Source: a virus
Length of the DNA stretch: 64,000 nt
Strand: one strand, 5' to 3'
IMG/VR virus record: IMGVR_UViG_3300050120_000053
Location: 1,291-65,290 of that record
Numbering within the stretch: position 1 is the first letter of the stretch; every line of letters starts with the position of its first letter. The position numbers and the translations under genes are program-made. Positions 44,182 through 53,853 of this stretch are shown piece after piece. Under the pieces are notes generated by a model. The model made no database searches. It saw only the letters and a program-made list of their open reading frames with translations, and was not told where the DNA came from.

Positions 44182-46496
44182 CAGCTGAGCCCTGTGTTTG
44201 CATTGACCGCGAAGGCGTACTGCTTGACCGCCGGCCCGATGTCCTTCGCGATGCCCTTCGCGTCGGTCGCCTGTGTATGCACGTTGATCTGTGCAATCTT
44301 CACGTCAGAAGTGGTCGTGTGATTGGCCGCGCCACTGTTGGCCTTATTCGCCGCTACTTGAGCACCCGCGCCGGATAGGTAGCTGTTCCTAGACGCCTCG
44401 AGAGATGCCCTCAACTGCTCGGGCGTGATTGACGATTTGTTGTTTCCCTTGCCGTCGTAATAGCTCTTGCCGGTTCGAGGATCAGCAACGCTCGCCCATT
44501 CTTTTGACGCCGCCAACATCGCCGCGCCGAGATCGTTGCTCTGGCCGTGCACGTAATCGCCAATCGCCTTGCGCTTGTTGTTCAGCAGGTACTGGTCGAA
44601 CACCTTGTCCTGCGTGCCCTTATCGAATTTCTCATTGCCGCTCAGGCCCAGCGCCTTGACGGCAGCCGTCAGGTTTTCCGGCATAACTTGGTAGCGCCCG
44701 GCTGCCTTGAAATCGCCGGCCTTCTGCGCGGCCATGACTTCGTTGATCGTCATACCGGCGAGATTCTCTGTGCCGGCCTTGTAACCGTGCGCGGCGCCGC
44801 GGTTCACGCTGTTGTAGTCGCCTTCGCCTTTCGAGATCAGCGCGCCGAAAGCGGAATCAGCAATGCTTTTTCCGACTGCAGCACTTGAAGCGGCAGTGCC
44901 ACCAGCGGCGTCCGGTGAGGCGCCCAACCGAGCCAGCGCCTCGTTTCGAGCGTCGAGCATCACCTTAGTTTTGTCGCCGAACTTGTCCTCAGTGATCGAC
45001 AGTTGAGTCAGATCGGAGCGTAACTTCGCGATCTGGGCATCGGACTTTGCCTCTCCCGGAGATGCCTTAATTCTGGCAAGCTCGGTATCAGCCGCAGCAT
45101 CGCGTTCTTGCTGCTTGTCTTCAGGCGATCCGGGTTTGGCCTTCTCCGTGTGCTTGCCGGTGATCGCATCCCACACAGCATGAGCACGGCCTTCGATCCA
45201 ATCGAACGCAGATGAAAACGCCTGAGTTAGTGCAGCGGTAATTGCCGGGCCAAGGTTCTTGATCAACCCGACGAAGTCGCTGAAGTACTTCCCCAGATCG
45301 CCGACCAGCGCATTCCAGGCTTTGCGAATATCGTCACCGTTCCCGGTGAAGAGCGCGACAACAAGTTTCAAAAGGTCTTGGACGCTTGTCGCCCAATCGA
45401 GAAACAAGGCCTTCAGTGAGGCGAATACAGGGGTAACTAGACCCGATACAGATGCCCACTTGTCAGCGAAGAACTGCCAGAACCCGCCAAAGGCTGATTG
45501 ACCTCCTTCGGTCCAGGTCTTCCAGTCTTCATAAAGCGCAGCGATGGCCCCGACAGCGATGCCGATGCCGGCCGCAAGCGCAGCAATGCCGGCCACCGGA
45601 GCGGCGAGAACCGCAGCGAAGACCGCGATCGTAGCGGCGAGACCAATGAACATGCCCTCTACCATCGGACGATGCGAGGACGCCCACTCGGAAAGCTTCA
45701 GAAGCCCGGCGCTCAATTGCTGGATATAGGGCGACAGCGACGTCAGTATCTTGCGGCCTAAGTCCCCGGACGCCTGCCCGAGTGCGCGCCAAGCCGCCTG
45801 CAACTGCTCCGCAGATTTGGCGTCTGCCTCGTTGGTATGGCCGATCTTTTCCTGCTCAGTCAGCAACGCCTGCACCGCCTGACGTCCCTGCATCAGAACG
45901 TTGACCGTGCCCTCGTCAAATCCCATTCCGGCGCCCAAGGCCTGCGCGCGAGCCGCATCCATGCCCTTGAACGCATCGGCTGCCATCAGCATGCGCTGGC
46001 TGGAAGTCGTCGCCTTGTCGAAATACTTCGAGATGTTGATGCCGCCCATCGCCAGGCTTTGAAGCACCTGAGCACCCGGCGTGCCGCTGATGGAGATTTG
46101 CGCCATCTGCTGCGCCATCGCCTTAAGCGAGCCGGACATGCCGGCGGCAGAGCCACCAGCGCGCTCGGCGACGCCCTGCCACGCCGACAGGTCTTCCGTC
46201 GACATGCCGATGTTCGTCGCCATGCGCCCGACAGCTGCATCGCCCGCTACGACATCCGACACGAACGACGATAGCCCCTTGCCGGCGGTAAAGACCGCGA
46301 GCATGCCAAGCGCCTGATTCTTGATCTGGCTGAAAAACTCGCCGGCTTGTTTGCCACGAAGTTCGAGCTCTTTAGCGGTTCGCGTGGCCTCGTCGTTCGT
46401 CTTCTTGAGCGCGACCGAGGCATCCTTCTGGCCCTTGGTGAATCCGCTCGCATCAAGTCCTAGCGCGACGACGAGGGAATCGATAAGGGTTGGCAC
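44181..46496 (-). CDS. Tape measure protein with C-terminal lysozyme-like domain
   Basis: IDSLVVALGLD.SGF.KG start, long Ala/Gly helical body; GEGDYNSVN...AAGRYQ...F...QD muramidase motif. Confidence 0.9.
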   Translation of the reverse strand: MPTLIDSLVVALGLDASGFTKGQKDASVALKKTNDEATRTAKELELRGKQAGEFFSQIKNQALGMLAVFTAGKGLSSFVSDVVAGDAAVGRMATNIGMSTEDLSAWQGVAERAGGSAAGMSGSLKAMAQQMAQISISGTPGAQVLQSLAMGGINISKYFDKATTSSQRMLMAADAFKGMDAARAQALGAGMGFDEGTVNVLMQGRQAVQALLTEQEKIGHTNEADAKSAEQLQAAWRALGQASGDLGRKILTSLSPYIQQLSAGLLKLSEWASSHRPMVEGMFIGLAATIAVFAAVLAAPVAGIAALAAGIGIAVGAIAALYEDWKTWTEGGQSAFGGFWQFFADKWASVSGLVTPVFASLKALFLDWATSVQDLLKLVVALFTGNGDDIRKAWNALVGDLGKYFSDFVGLIKNLGPAITAALTQAFSSAFDWIEGRAHAVWDAITGKHTEKAKPGSPEDKQQERDAAADTELARIKASPGEAKSDAQIAKLRSDLTQLSITEDKFGDKTKVMLDARNEALARLGASPDAAGGTAASSAAVGKSIADSAFGALISKGEGDYNSVNRGAAHGYKAGTENLAGMTINEVMAAQKAGDFKAAGRYQVMPENLTAAVKALGLSGNEKFDKGTQDKVFDQYLLNNKRKAIGDYVHGQSNDLGAAMLAASKEWASVADPRTGKSYYDGKGNNKSSITPEQLRASLEASRNSYLSGAGAQVAANKANSGAANHTTTSDVKIAQINVHTQATDAKGIAKDIGPAVKQYAFAVNANTGLS

Positions 46497-46499
46497 AAG

Positions 46500-47107
46500 C
46501 TATTCCTCTGGTTTCGACGCGATGCGCTTGTTGTAGGCATCTACGCTGATTATTTCGAGCAAGTCGTACACGTCTTCCATCCCGAGCACCGTATCCAACT
46601 CAGCCATTGTTGCCAGCCGAGCCGAAATGACGGCACCGATCGTGCGAGGGACATTGACGTATTCGGCGTACTGCCGCCCGTCACCTAAATCAAAGCTCAG
46701 GTCTAGCGGGCGGCGCTCGTGAAAAAATTGGTATGCAGGCCGAACACTTCTTTGCGGAGGCGGAGGCGCGTCGCGACTTCCTCGATGTCGTCTTCGATCA
46801 ACGCCCGAACGACGTTGGGGCGCGACGGGTCGGGAATGATCGAGATGCATCCAAACATCTCGTCCATCAACGGTTCGGCGTCTTCGAAGCTGAGTCCTGA
46901 CAGAGCTTTGAGTCCGAGCGCCGCGATACCGGCCAGCCCGGCGTTTGCAATGTCGTCCGGGATTTCAACGCCGGATTTTGCCAGAGCGAGAAACGCGCGC
47001 ATCGCCCACTTCTCTGACTGGCTGGGCGGCATCTCGCGGAGCAGAAAGACCTTGCCCTGATCGCGGCCGTCTGCGTCGAGGGTGATAGTGAGTGTCTTGC
47101 GCGCCAT
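46500..47107 (-). CDS. Tail assembly chaperone GT (via -1 frameshift)
   Basis: The -1 frame stays open to 46500 (...TIGAVIS.RLATM.ELDTV.G.EDVYDLLEI..VD.YN). Confidence 0.7.
46703..47107 (-). CDS. Tail assembly chaperone G
   Basis: Between tube and tape measure; GRD.GK.F.L.EM...E.WA.RA..AL. Confidence 0.85.
   Translation of the reverse strand: MARKTLTITLDADGRDQGKVFLLREMPPSQSEKWAMRAFLALAKSGVEIPDDIANAGLAGIAALGLKALSGLSFEDAEPLMDEMFGCISIIPDPSRPNVVRALIEDDIEEVATRLRLRKEVFGLHTNFFTSAAR
46721..46727 (-). other. Slippery heptamer T-TTT-TTC (programmed -1 frameshift)
   Basis: aaT TTT TTC in frame near the 3' end of chaperone G, as in the lambda G/GT scheme. Confidence 0.75.
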
Positions 47108-47538
47108 CAGGTCGGCACTCCAATAACCATCTGGAATTTCAACTGAAATTTCCGCGCGCCCAAAACCTTCTTGGCTTCTGCGAGCGGCGTGTAGTTGGTC
47201 AGCACGCCATTGGTGAGCGTGTACAGCTTGCTCACCGCCGGCTGCATGATGGTGCCGAAGAGAGCGTAACTTTCTTTCGCCGACTCTTCCGCCGCATAGA
47301 GCGACTCGAAAAACAAGTTGCTTGGACTGTCGGCTTGCAGAGTCACCGACATGGTTTTAATTTGGGGAATCCATCCTGAGCTGAGCACGCCATCAGCCCC
47401 AAGTTGGATTTCCTTCGTTTCTACCGCTTCGATGGAGTACATGTCATCGGAGCCGAAGCCGGCGATTTGCTGCGGTACTGCAAACAATCCAGCCGCGCCC
47501 AAGAAAAGGACGGAGTTCGCTGACGTGATTGAGGCCAT
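47107..47538 (-). CDS. Tail tube protein
   Basis: MASITSAN.V...G.DG.L..G...TLQADS.S..FF; follows the sheath. Confidence 0.82.
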   Translation of the reverse strand: MASITSANSVLFLGAAGLFAVPQQIAGFGSDDMYSIEAVETKEIQLGADGVLSSGWIPQIKTMSVTLQADSPSNLFFESLYAAEESAKESYALFGTIMQPAVSKLYTLTNGVLTNYTPLAEAKKVLGARKFQLKFQMVIGVPT

Positions 47539-47614
47539 CTAGTGATGCTCCAAAAAGAAACCCGCCAGGCTTGCGCGCGGCGGGTCGGAGAAAGGGGATG
47601 CGCTGTCCTGGCGG

Positions 47615-49117
47615 TTACTGCGCCGCTACCGACGCGACGTTCAGTTGCTGAATACTTCCGCCGTCGACGTACCAAAAGGTCATCGGTGGCGATTGCCGCA
47701 GCCCGCGCGTCTGTGCCGACGCCGGCTTGATCTGCAGGTAGTAGCCTTGAGATTGCAGCGTGCCCGCGATGTTCGTGCCTGCCGCGTTGTTCACCTGAGC
47801 GATTTGCGAAGCCGACAGCGCGACGTTCGGGTCATAGGTGCCGAAGTTACCAGCAGCAGTGATCGGGTCCTGCATCGCTGCGTTCACCATCGCATAACCG
47901 GCAGCGTCATACGGAATGCTCTTGACGTTGAACAGCAAAATCATGAGCGCCAACTGAAATTGACTGTTGAGTTGGATCTGGTTGATGTAGCTGTCCGCCC
48001 ACGTGAACGGTCCACTGATCGACCCCGGGGCAAGGCCCACGAAGTTCTGATTGGCCGTTGCCCAAGCGCCGTAGTAGTTGTAGCCGTTTGCCTTGAGGTT
48101 GGCTGCGACTGTCGGGTCGGTAACGCCCGGCGTCAGGCCCGATTGACTCTTGTAGGCAAAGTCGACGCGGCCATTCGTCTCGGTAAAGTCAACCGAAGCG
48201 GCGACGGCGCAAGCGAACACGGCATGCCCGAGATTGCTCGGCTCGTAAATCAGGAACGTGCCGGAGATGGCCGATTGCGTGAGCAGATAGCCAAGCGACG
48301 AAGTGGCGCTGGTCGACTCGGTCGGCGTGATGTCCGTATCCCAGCACACATACATGTACCGGTCGCCCTGCTGACCGTTCCACGTAGCGAACGCCAGCTT
48401 TTGCGTATTGCCCGATCCGGCGTCCGGATCGAACGCGGTGGTGAACGTTGCCCAGTTCGTCGTCTGCGCAACGATGGCCGTCATCGCTGAGACGGGCGCA
48501 GCAGCGGCAGCGCCTTGCGACAGGACGGCGCCGGTCGCCTGGGTAAGCATCAGCGATGCGGCCAGCGTGCCGGTCGCGTATGCCATCGTGGCTGTCGCGC
48601 CGGTTGTGGTCGTCGTGAACACGAACGCACCTGAGACGCTGTCATACGTCACCGCGAAGGTCGGCGAGGTGAATGCCGCCTGAATCAGCACGGCGGCTGC
48701 CGAGAAGCTGCCGGCGCCCGCCAGCGTGATCGTGCTCGACGTTTCCGGCGTGCCATCCGATACGATCGTCAGCGTTCCCGTCAGCGCGTCGAGTTGCGTG
48801 AGCGTCATCGCGGAGATGTTGCCGCCTCGCAGATAGGCCGCCACCGGTGCTATCGGGTACTGACTGAAGAGCAGCGCGCCCGGCAGAACGTTGCCGAGCG
48901 TAAAGCCCGCGAAGTAAATCGCTGCATCTGCAGCCTCGGGCGACATAGCGCCGAAGTATGCATCGACAGCCAGCGACGAGGGGAACGACAGCACGCTACC
49001 AATGGGAACGCGGGTATTCGTGGTCAGGATCAGGCCGCTCAGATCCAGCGCCGAGCCGCCCGCGCTGATGACGCTGGGAGTTGCATTTACGAGTGCAGAG
49101 GCGGGAATCGACGCCAT
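47615..49117 (-). CDS. Tail sheath protein, DUF3383 family
   Basis: IPAS..VN.TPSVI.AGG.ALD...NWA.F.T.F.PD...A..L..NGYN.YG...W.DSY.NQI.LN. Confidence 0.92.
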   Translation of the reverse strand: MASIPASALVNATPSVISAGGSALDLSGLILTTNTRVPIGSVLSFPSSLAVDAYFGAMSPEAADAAIYFAGFTLGNVLPGALLFSQYPIAPVAAYLRGGNISAMTLTQLDALTGTLTIVSDGTPETSSTITLAGAGSFSAAAVLIQAAFTSPTFAVTYDSVSGAFVFTTTTTGATATMAYATGTLAASLMLTQATGAVLSQGAAAAAPVSAMTAIVAQTTNWATFTTAFDPDAGSGNTQKLAFATWNGQQGDRYMYVCWDTDITPTESTSATSSLGYLLTQSAISGTFLIYEPSNLGHAVFACAVAASVDFTETNGRVDFAYKSQSGLTPGVTDPTVAANLKANGYNYYGAWATANQNFVGLAPGSISGPFTWADSYINQIQLNSQFQLALMILLFNVKSIPYDAAGYAMVNAAMQDPITAAGNFGTYDPNVALSASQIAQVNNAAGTNIAGTLQSQGYYLQIKPASAQTRGLRQSPPMTFWYVDGGSIQQLNVASVAAQ

Positions 49118-49210
49118 AGAAGCTCCAGAAAAAGAAAAACCGCCTCAGTGGGCGGCGTCAGAAACGAAAAACCCGGCGCGCGGCCGGGTTCGAAAGGGGG
49201 TGTTGCTGGA

Positions 49211-49936
49211 TTACAGCGGGTATGTCGCGTCTACATTGACGAGGCCGACATTAAGCTGGCTCGCGAAATCTTGCGGCACGGTCAGCACCGGGTTGCACTG
49301 CATCACGACATCGACAACCCATCGCTCTTCCATCTGCTGCTCACCGTTTTGGTATGGCATCTGATGCGCGTCGTTGGCGTAAAGCGGCGTTACGTCGAAG
49401 CCGGATAAAGCAAACGCACTGGTCGCAAATTCGTCGCGGAATAATGTGGTGATGATCTGCGAATTGTCGGCACTAGCCGGTCCGTGCACATCGAGCTGCA
49501 CGCTAACCTGCGTAGGCTGAAGCACGGTCTTGACGCCGGCCGCAATCGTCTGGATCGCAATCGTCTGCGAAGGGCTGACCGTATAAGTACCGACGCCACC
49601 GGCTCCGGTTCCAAGCGCGGTGACAGTCGTGTTCGCAGCAAGGTTGGCGCCGAGCAAAGTCGAGCCTACCGAGAGCGAGCCGTAGCCGACCGTCGCGATG
49701 GTCAGCGTGTTGCCGGCAATAGACCCGGTAAACACGGCATCCGCGTAGGCGTCGACGTTTGTCTCAAGGCGACCGCGCAGCGTAGGCGTCATCGTGACGA
49801 AATCGGGGCCGACTGGTTCGGGTACGCGGTTATCTTGGCCGCGCACGACTTCGATTCCTGTCGGCAGAATGGATAGCAGGAACGAACGAAGCGCGGTCAG
49901 CGTCTGGCTTTCCGTGAGGCTTAGGGAAATGCTCAT
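49211..49936 (-). CDS. Tail terminator/neck protein with an inserted domain
   Basis: GQ.NRVP.P...F..MTP...QLDVHG...LFRD...PLYA......N.E.Q.EERW. Confidence 0.78.
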   Translation of the reverse strand: MSISLSLTESQTLTALRSFLLSILPTGIEVVRGQDNRVPEPVGPDFVTMTPTLRGRLETNVDAYADAVFTGSIAGNTLTIATVGYGSLSVGSTLLGANLAANTTVTALGTGAGGVGTYTVSPSQTIAIQTIAAGVKTVLQPTQVSVQLDVHGPASADNSQIITTLFRDEFATSAFALSGFDVTPLYANDAHQMPYQNGEQQMEERWVVDVVMQCNPVLTVPQDFASQLNVGLVNVDATYPL

Positions 49937-50322
49937 TGGTTAGCTGCCATTTGTCGCGTGACGCAAAATTTCGTCCAGCCGGCTGTCGCATTCCAGTCTT
50001 CGAACTGAAACACCAGCAGCCACATCGAACCGTCCGGCAACGTCACCAGATCCCCGCCTTCCTGAGTGGAGCGCACAACGGCATCCCATTCGCCATTGGC
50101 GTACATCGCCTTGCGCTCGCCCTGGAGGTTCAGGCCGCTGACCTGAATCAGATCGTTATACTGAAGTGGCTGCATCTGGACTGGGATGTCAATCGCAGTG
50201 CCATACGCCGGCACGCGCTTGCCGTCGTCGTTGGTCCCGTAGCCTTGCGAAGGCTGGATCGATGCCGTGATCCACGGATTCACCGCAGCCACGTAGGCAC
50301 CTACGATATTGCTGAGGTTCAT
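49933..50322 (-). CDS. Head closure/head-tail adaptor
   Basis: MNL..IV...V.AVNP...GY.T..DGKR.P.Y...Q.Q.L. Confidence 0.78.
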   Translation of the reverse strand: MNLSNIVGAYVAAVNPWITASIQPSQGYGTNDDGKRVPAYGTAIDIPVQMQPLQYNDLIQVSGLNLQGERKAMYANGEWDAVVRSTQEGGDLVTLPDGSMWLLVFQFEDWNATAGWTKFCVTRQMAANQ

Positions 50323-50900
50323 TCTTGGACTTCCGAGTCGACGGTATTCATCATGTGATCCGAGTCGACCAAGGGTTTATCAAAACCTTTGCTTGCTACG
50401 GTCGAATCCGCGTTGCTTGGAGAACTGAAGTCTCGAATCGACTCCTGCAACTGCTCTGCGACGTGCTTGCCGAGACGCCCCAGCGCGATGGTCGAATCGT
50501 AGTTCGCCGCCTTGATGATCTTTCCGAGATCGGCTGGCCAAGCGCCCTTATTCTTTTGGATCATTCCGCGGAAATATGGCCGTGCCGGGATTTTGACGGT
50601 GTACGCCTCAACCTTATGCACTGTCGAGAAATTCGCTTTTTCCGCTCGTACGAACCGACCATTCTGATTGAAGGTACCGTCCGCCCTGATGCTGCGATTC
50701 ACCGTCACATCATGTTCGGGAATCTTCGCGGTCCCGCCATATTCGTTCACGAGGGCGACGTAGGCGACGGACGTTCCATCGGGATAGGTCGCGCCCTCAA
50801 GGAAGCCGACATTCACGGTCTTGGCCTTACCGACCTTCTCGGCGATCTCGCGCAACTTCGCTTCCAACGCTTCGCCGCCGGAGAAAGCTTTGGTGGCCAT
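50319..50900 (-). CDS. Neck/tail completion protein
   Basis: VNVGF.EGATYPDGT.VA.VA..NEYG...IP.RP.FR...KPL.D...M. Confidence 0.8.
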   Translation of the reverse strand: MATKAFSGGEALEAKLREIAEKVGKAKTVNVGFLEGATYPDGTSVAYVALVNEYGGTAKIPEHDVTVNRSIRADGTFNQNGRFVRAEKANFSTVHKVEAYTVKIPARPYFRGMIQKNKGAWPADLGKIIKAANYDSTIALGRLGKHVAEQLQESIRDFSSPSNADSTVASKGFDKPLVDSDHMMNTVDSEVQE

Positions 50901-51343
50901 TACCGGCGACCCCACCCGGCATACGGATCCATAGACCGGCCTGGTGACGCGATATAGCGCATGGTTCGGTACTGGGCCGTAGCCTGCCAAAACGCCGCGC
51001 CGTATTTGGTCGACTGAAACCATTGCACTGACCCGGGCGGGTAATCGTTCTGCGCTGCGACCGACACACTGCCTTGCGCGGCATTGCTGATCCGCCCGAC
51101 GAGCGGGGAGGATGCCTGTCCGTTGAGCGGCGCGTTCAACGCGGCGATGTGCGCTGTCATCATGTTCAGCAGCATCGAGCGCTGGCCGCCGACGCTATCG
51201 TCCCGGATGGGGCTGCACGGCGTGTTATCACAATACAACTGCGCTTCATTGAAATATTGCTGCGCAAGCGGTTGCGAGATCGATGTAGCGAGATCGGGGT
51301 ATCGCGTCGACCACGCGACGTAGTCAAACGCGACGACGCCCAT
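50900..51343 (-). CDS. Head-tail connector, DUF4054 family
   Basis: FDY..W..RYP...LL....AHIA.L...VGRIS.A.QGSVSV...W...T.YG..FW. Confidence 0.88.
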   Translation of the reverse strand: MGVVAFDYVAWSTRYPDLATSISQPLAQQYFNEAQLYCDNTPCSPIRDDSVGGQRSMLLNMMTAHIAALNAPLNGQASSPLVGRISNAAQGSVSVAAQNDYPPGSVQWFQSTKYGAAFWQATAQYRTMRYIASPGRSMDPYAGWGRR

Positions 51344-51345
51344 GA

Positions 51346-51771
51346 TCAGGCCTTCTTCTTCATGTGATCCGACTTCTCGATACCACGCGGCAACTTGTTC
51401 GGGTCAAGGCGTTCGAGCCCTGACTTCAGCGTGGTCTTGTCGCGCGCTTCGGCTTCCAAGCTCATGGTCTTTTCATGCGCAAAGATCAACCCATTTCGGA
51501 CTGCATCGAGTTCTGCGTTCTGAGCAAGCCACGCGTCCCAAAACTCTTTGTCGACGTTCGGCGTGAGAGCAAAGCCGCCGACGATCTGTGAATTCGGTGC
51601 CATGTTTTGCGGATGCGACCAGCCTTCCAGCGTGACGCGCTTGGCGCGTTCGCGGGCGACTTTGATGGCGCGATATCCGCCGCCCATGACGGGCTCTTGC
51701 GTTTCGACCATGTCGAATACGCGCATTACTAGGCCATGCGGAAGCTTGCACGCTACGGCTACTGTTGCCAT
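51346..51771 (-). CDS. Virion-associated protein
   Basis: V.VACKLPHGL...G..LT.NVD.EFW..W...N......NGLIFA. Confidence 0.75.
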   Translation of the reverse strand: MATVAVACKLPHGLVMRVFDMVETQEPVMGGGYRAIKVARERAKRVTLEGWSHPQNMAPNSQIVGGFALTPNVDKEFWDAWLAQNAELDAVRNGLIFAHEKTMSLEAEARDKTTLKSGLERLDPNKLPRGIEKSDHMKKKA

Positions 51772-51852
51772 GTCAACCCCTCTTAATTCCGGTGAAATAG
51801 AAAAGGCCCGCAACATTGAGTGCGGGCCTTTTGCGAACTGCGGTTGAAGTCT

Positions 51853-52923
51853 TTAGACGCCGAGCAACTGAGCGATGCCGAACGGCTGCCTCAGGATGCA
51901 GCCCCAGCTTCCCTGCGACATTTTTTGCTTATACGAAGACAAGTCTGGGATGATGTTGCTGCCGCGGAGCTTCTCGTTGAACGCCATGTAGCCGGTGTCC
52001 TGGCCTTCGACGCTTTCGGCGATCAACTGAACTACTTCGCCGGCTGCCGAACCTTGCGGGTTCTGTGCCGAGAGCGCGCCGTATTGAACGGCGGTCTTCA
52101 CCGTCATGTTCGGGAAATTCTTCTTCAGAAGATCCGAGACGTTCACGTTGTAGCTGTTCGTCGCGGTCAGCGCGACTTGCGAGACCGGCGACAGTGCCAG
52201 CGTCATCTTCGACATCTGGTCGATGTTGCCGGACGACTGGATCACCAGTTGCACGAACACGCTCTGGATGTCGGCATAGACTTCATTGGCCGTGGCGTTG
52301 ATCACGCCATTGACAATCCACTTGACGCCGCCTGCCGCCTTCGTCGCCGGAGCGATCGGAGCCGACAAGCTCGGGTCGTTCAGCAGGCCATAGTTCTGAA
52401 GGCCCTGAACGCCGTAGAAGTACGTCAGATTCTGAAACTTGTTCAGGTTGACAATGGCCGATTGCTTGAGTTCAGCGGCCCAGCCAATCTTCGCCAGACC
52501 CGCGCGCTCCATCTCCAGTTCACCGTATTCGATCACGGTCTGGTACAGATACGCTTCGCGTTGCGGGAAGTTCGTGTTCGCGCCCGAACGGCCATCGGCG
52601 GAGAAGTCGCCATAGCTCGACACTTCACCCGTGTGCTCCACCACCGGGAACATCGCAACCGCATCGACAAACGAGCCCTTGCGGACTTCGCCGAAGATAT
52701 CCGCCGCGGCGTTCTTGGCCGTCAGGATGCGCAGGATGTCCGCATCGACGAAGGTTGTGAGAAACGCCGGCACACCGCCGTTAGGGGTGGTGATGAGTGC
52801 GGGTTGCGCATCCATCGCCAAGGCGAAGTCGCTTTTCCATTCCGGCTTGGTGAATTCGACGGCGCCCGGGAAGTTGATGCCCCAGTCACGCTCGAATACG
52901 GCCAGGTCTTGATTTCGTTGCAT
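51853..52923 (-). CDS. Major capsid protein, DUF2184 family
   Basis: AMDAQP.L.T..N.G.P.FLT...D...G...YG.FS..G...N..Q...YG.LE.E...YFYG..GL.NYGLLNDP. Confidence 0.92.
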   Translation of the reverse strand: MQRNQDLAVFERDWGINFPGAVEFTKPEWKSDFALAMDAQPALITTPNGGVPAFLTTFVDADILRILTAKNAAADIFGEVRKGSFVDAVAMFPVVEHTGEVSSYGDFSADGRSGANTNFPQREAYLYQTVIEYGELEMERAGLAKIGWAAELKQSAIVNLNKFQNLTYFYGVQGLQNYGLLNDPSLSAPIAPATKAAGGVKWIVNGVINATANEVYADIQSVFVQLVIQSSGNIDQMSKMTLALSPVSQVALTATNSYNVNVSDLLKKNFPNMTVKTAVQYGALSAQNPQGSAAGEVVQLIAESVEGQDTGYMAFNEKLRGSNIIPDLSSYKQKMSQGSWGCILRQPFGIAQLLGV

Positions 52924-52944
52924 GGTAATTTACCTTTTCCTGGC

Positions 52945-53841
52945 TTAACCGAGGAGGTGGGAAGACATCTTGACCAGCTCGCCGGGGTTGCCGACGGACA
53001 ACGCGATCCATTTGGTTTGCGTGCCTGCTGCGACGGTGATCGTGGTCGACGCGGCCGTTTGTCCAACGTTCACTGCGTAGGTGCCAACACCGCCGGTACC
53101 TGTGAGAAGGCCATTTACGTACGTGCCCGCGGTGACGCCCGAGCCAGAAAGCGCGTCACCGATGCCGATCGCGCCCGAACCCACGGCGGTAACCGTGAGC
53201 GTGCCGCCCGAGCCGGTGATCGTCGTGCTCGCCACCGTCTGGCTTGCGCTGACCGTGTACGTGCCGACACCGCCAGTGCCCGTGAGAATCGCGGTGATCG
53301 TGGTGCCCGCGGTGACGTTCGTTCCGCTGATGCTTTGGCCGACAGTGAGGACGCCAGTCGTGACGGCGGAAACCGTCAAGGTCGTGCCAGCGATCGAGCC
53401 AGTAACCACGTTTGCCGCGATCGAGCCCGTGACACTAGCGCCAGTAAAGTTCGAGCCGAACTGAACTTGTCCGGTCGAGTTGTTCGTATATGCGGCCTGA
53501 CCGATGGCTGATGCCGAAGCGCCAGCATTCTTCACCCAGAAGTCGCCCGAGCTGAACAGCGTGGTCGGCAAGCCGGCAGGCACGAGCAGCGTGCTTTCGT
53601 TGAGGAATGCCGTGATCAGCGCTTGTTGGGCGCGATGCACGAAGCCTGTCGGAGCACCGCCGCCGAAATTGCTCACAGTGCGGTTGGCAGCATCAGCCCA
53701 TGCGAAACGGCCGATCGTCACGCCAGCCGAGCCAGCTACGAACGCACCCGGACCGTTCACAACCGTCGTGCGCGGGTTCACCGACGCGAAGTCGCCCTCG
53801 ACGCCAACGCCAGGAACTACATTTACTTGAGAAGGGAACAT
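52945..53841 (-). CDS. Head decoration/cement protein with nested insertion domains
   Basis: FP.QVN..P..GV.GDFAS.NP...GV.IGRFAW...P.GFV.R.QQA...GDFW core; two GSI.G.TLTV domains inserted. Confidence 0.82.
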   Translation of the reverse strand: MFPSQVNVVPGVGVEGDFASVNPRTTVVNGPGAFVAGSAGVTIGRFAWADAANRTVSNFGGGAPTGFVHRAQQALITAFLNESTLLVPAGLPTTLFSSGDFWVKNAGASASAIGQAAYTNNSTGQVQFGSNFTGASVTGSIAANVVTGSIAGTTLTVSAVTTGVLTVGQSISGTNVTAGTTITAILTGTGGVGTYTVSASQTVASTTITGSGGTLTVTAVGSGAIGIGDALSGSGVTAGTYVNGLLTGTGGVGTYAVNVGQTAASTTITVAAGTQTKWIALSVGNPGELVKMSSHLLG

Positions 53842-53853
53842 GTTTTCTGGTCC

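Noticed and set aside
44181-44900. Lysozyme-like domain on the tape measure protein as a novelty
   Set aside because: Muralytic domains in tape measure proteins are well established.
46500-47107. Apparent frameshift error in the tail chaperone
   Set aside because: It is the conserved programmed -1 G/GT frameshift at T-TTT-TTC, not a pseudogene.
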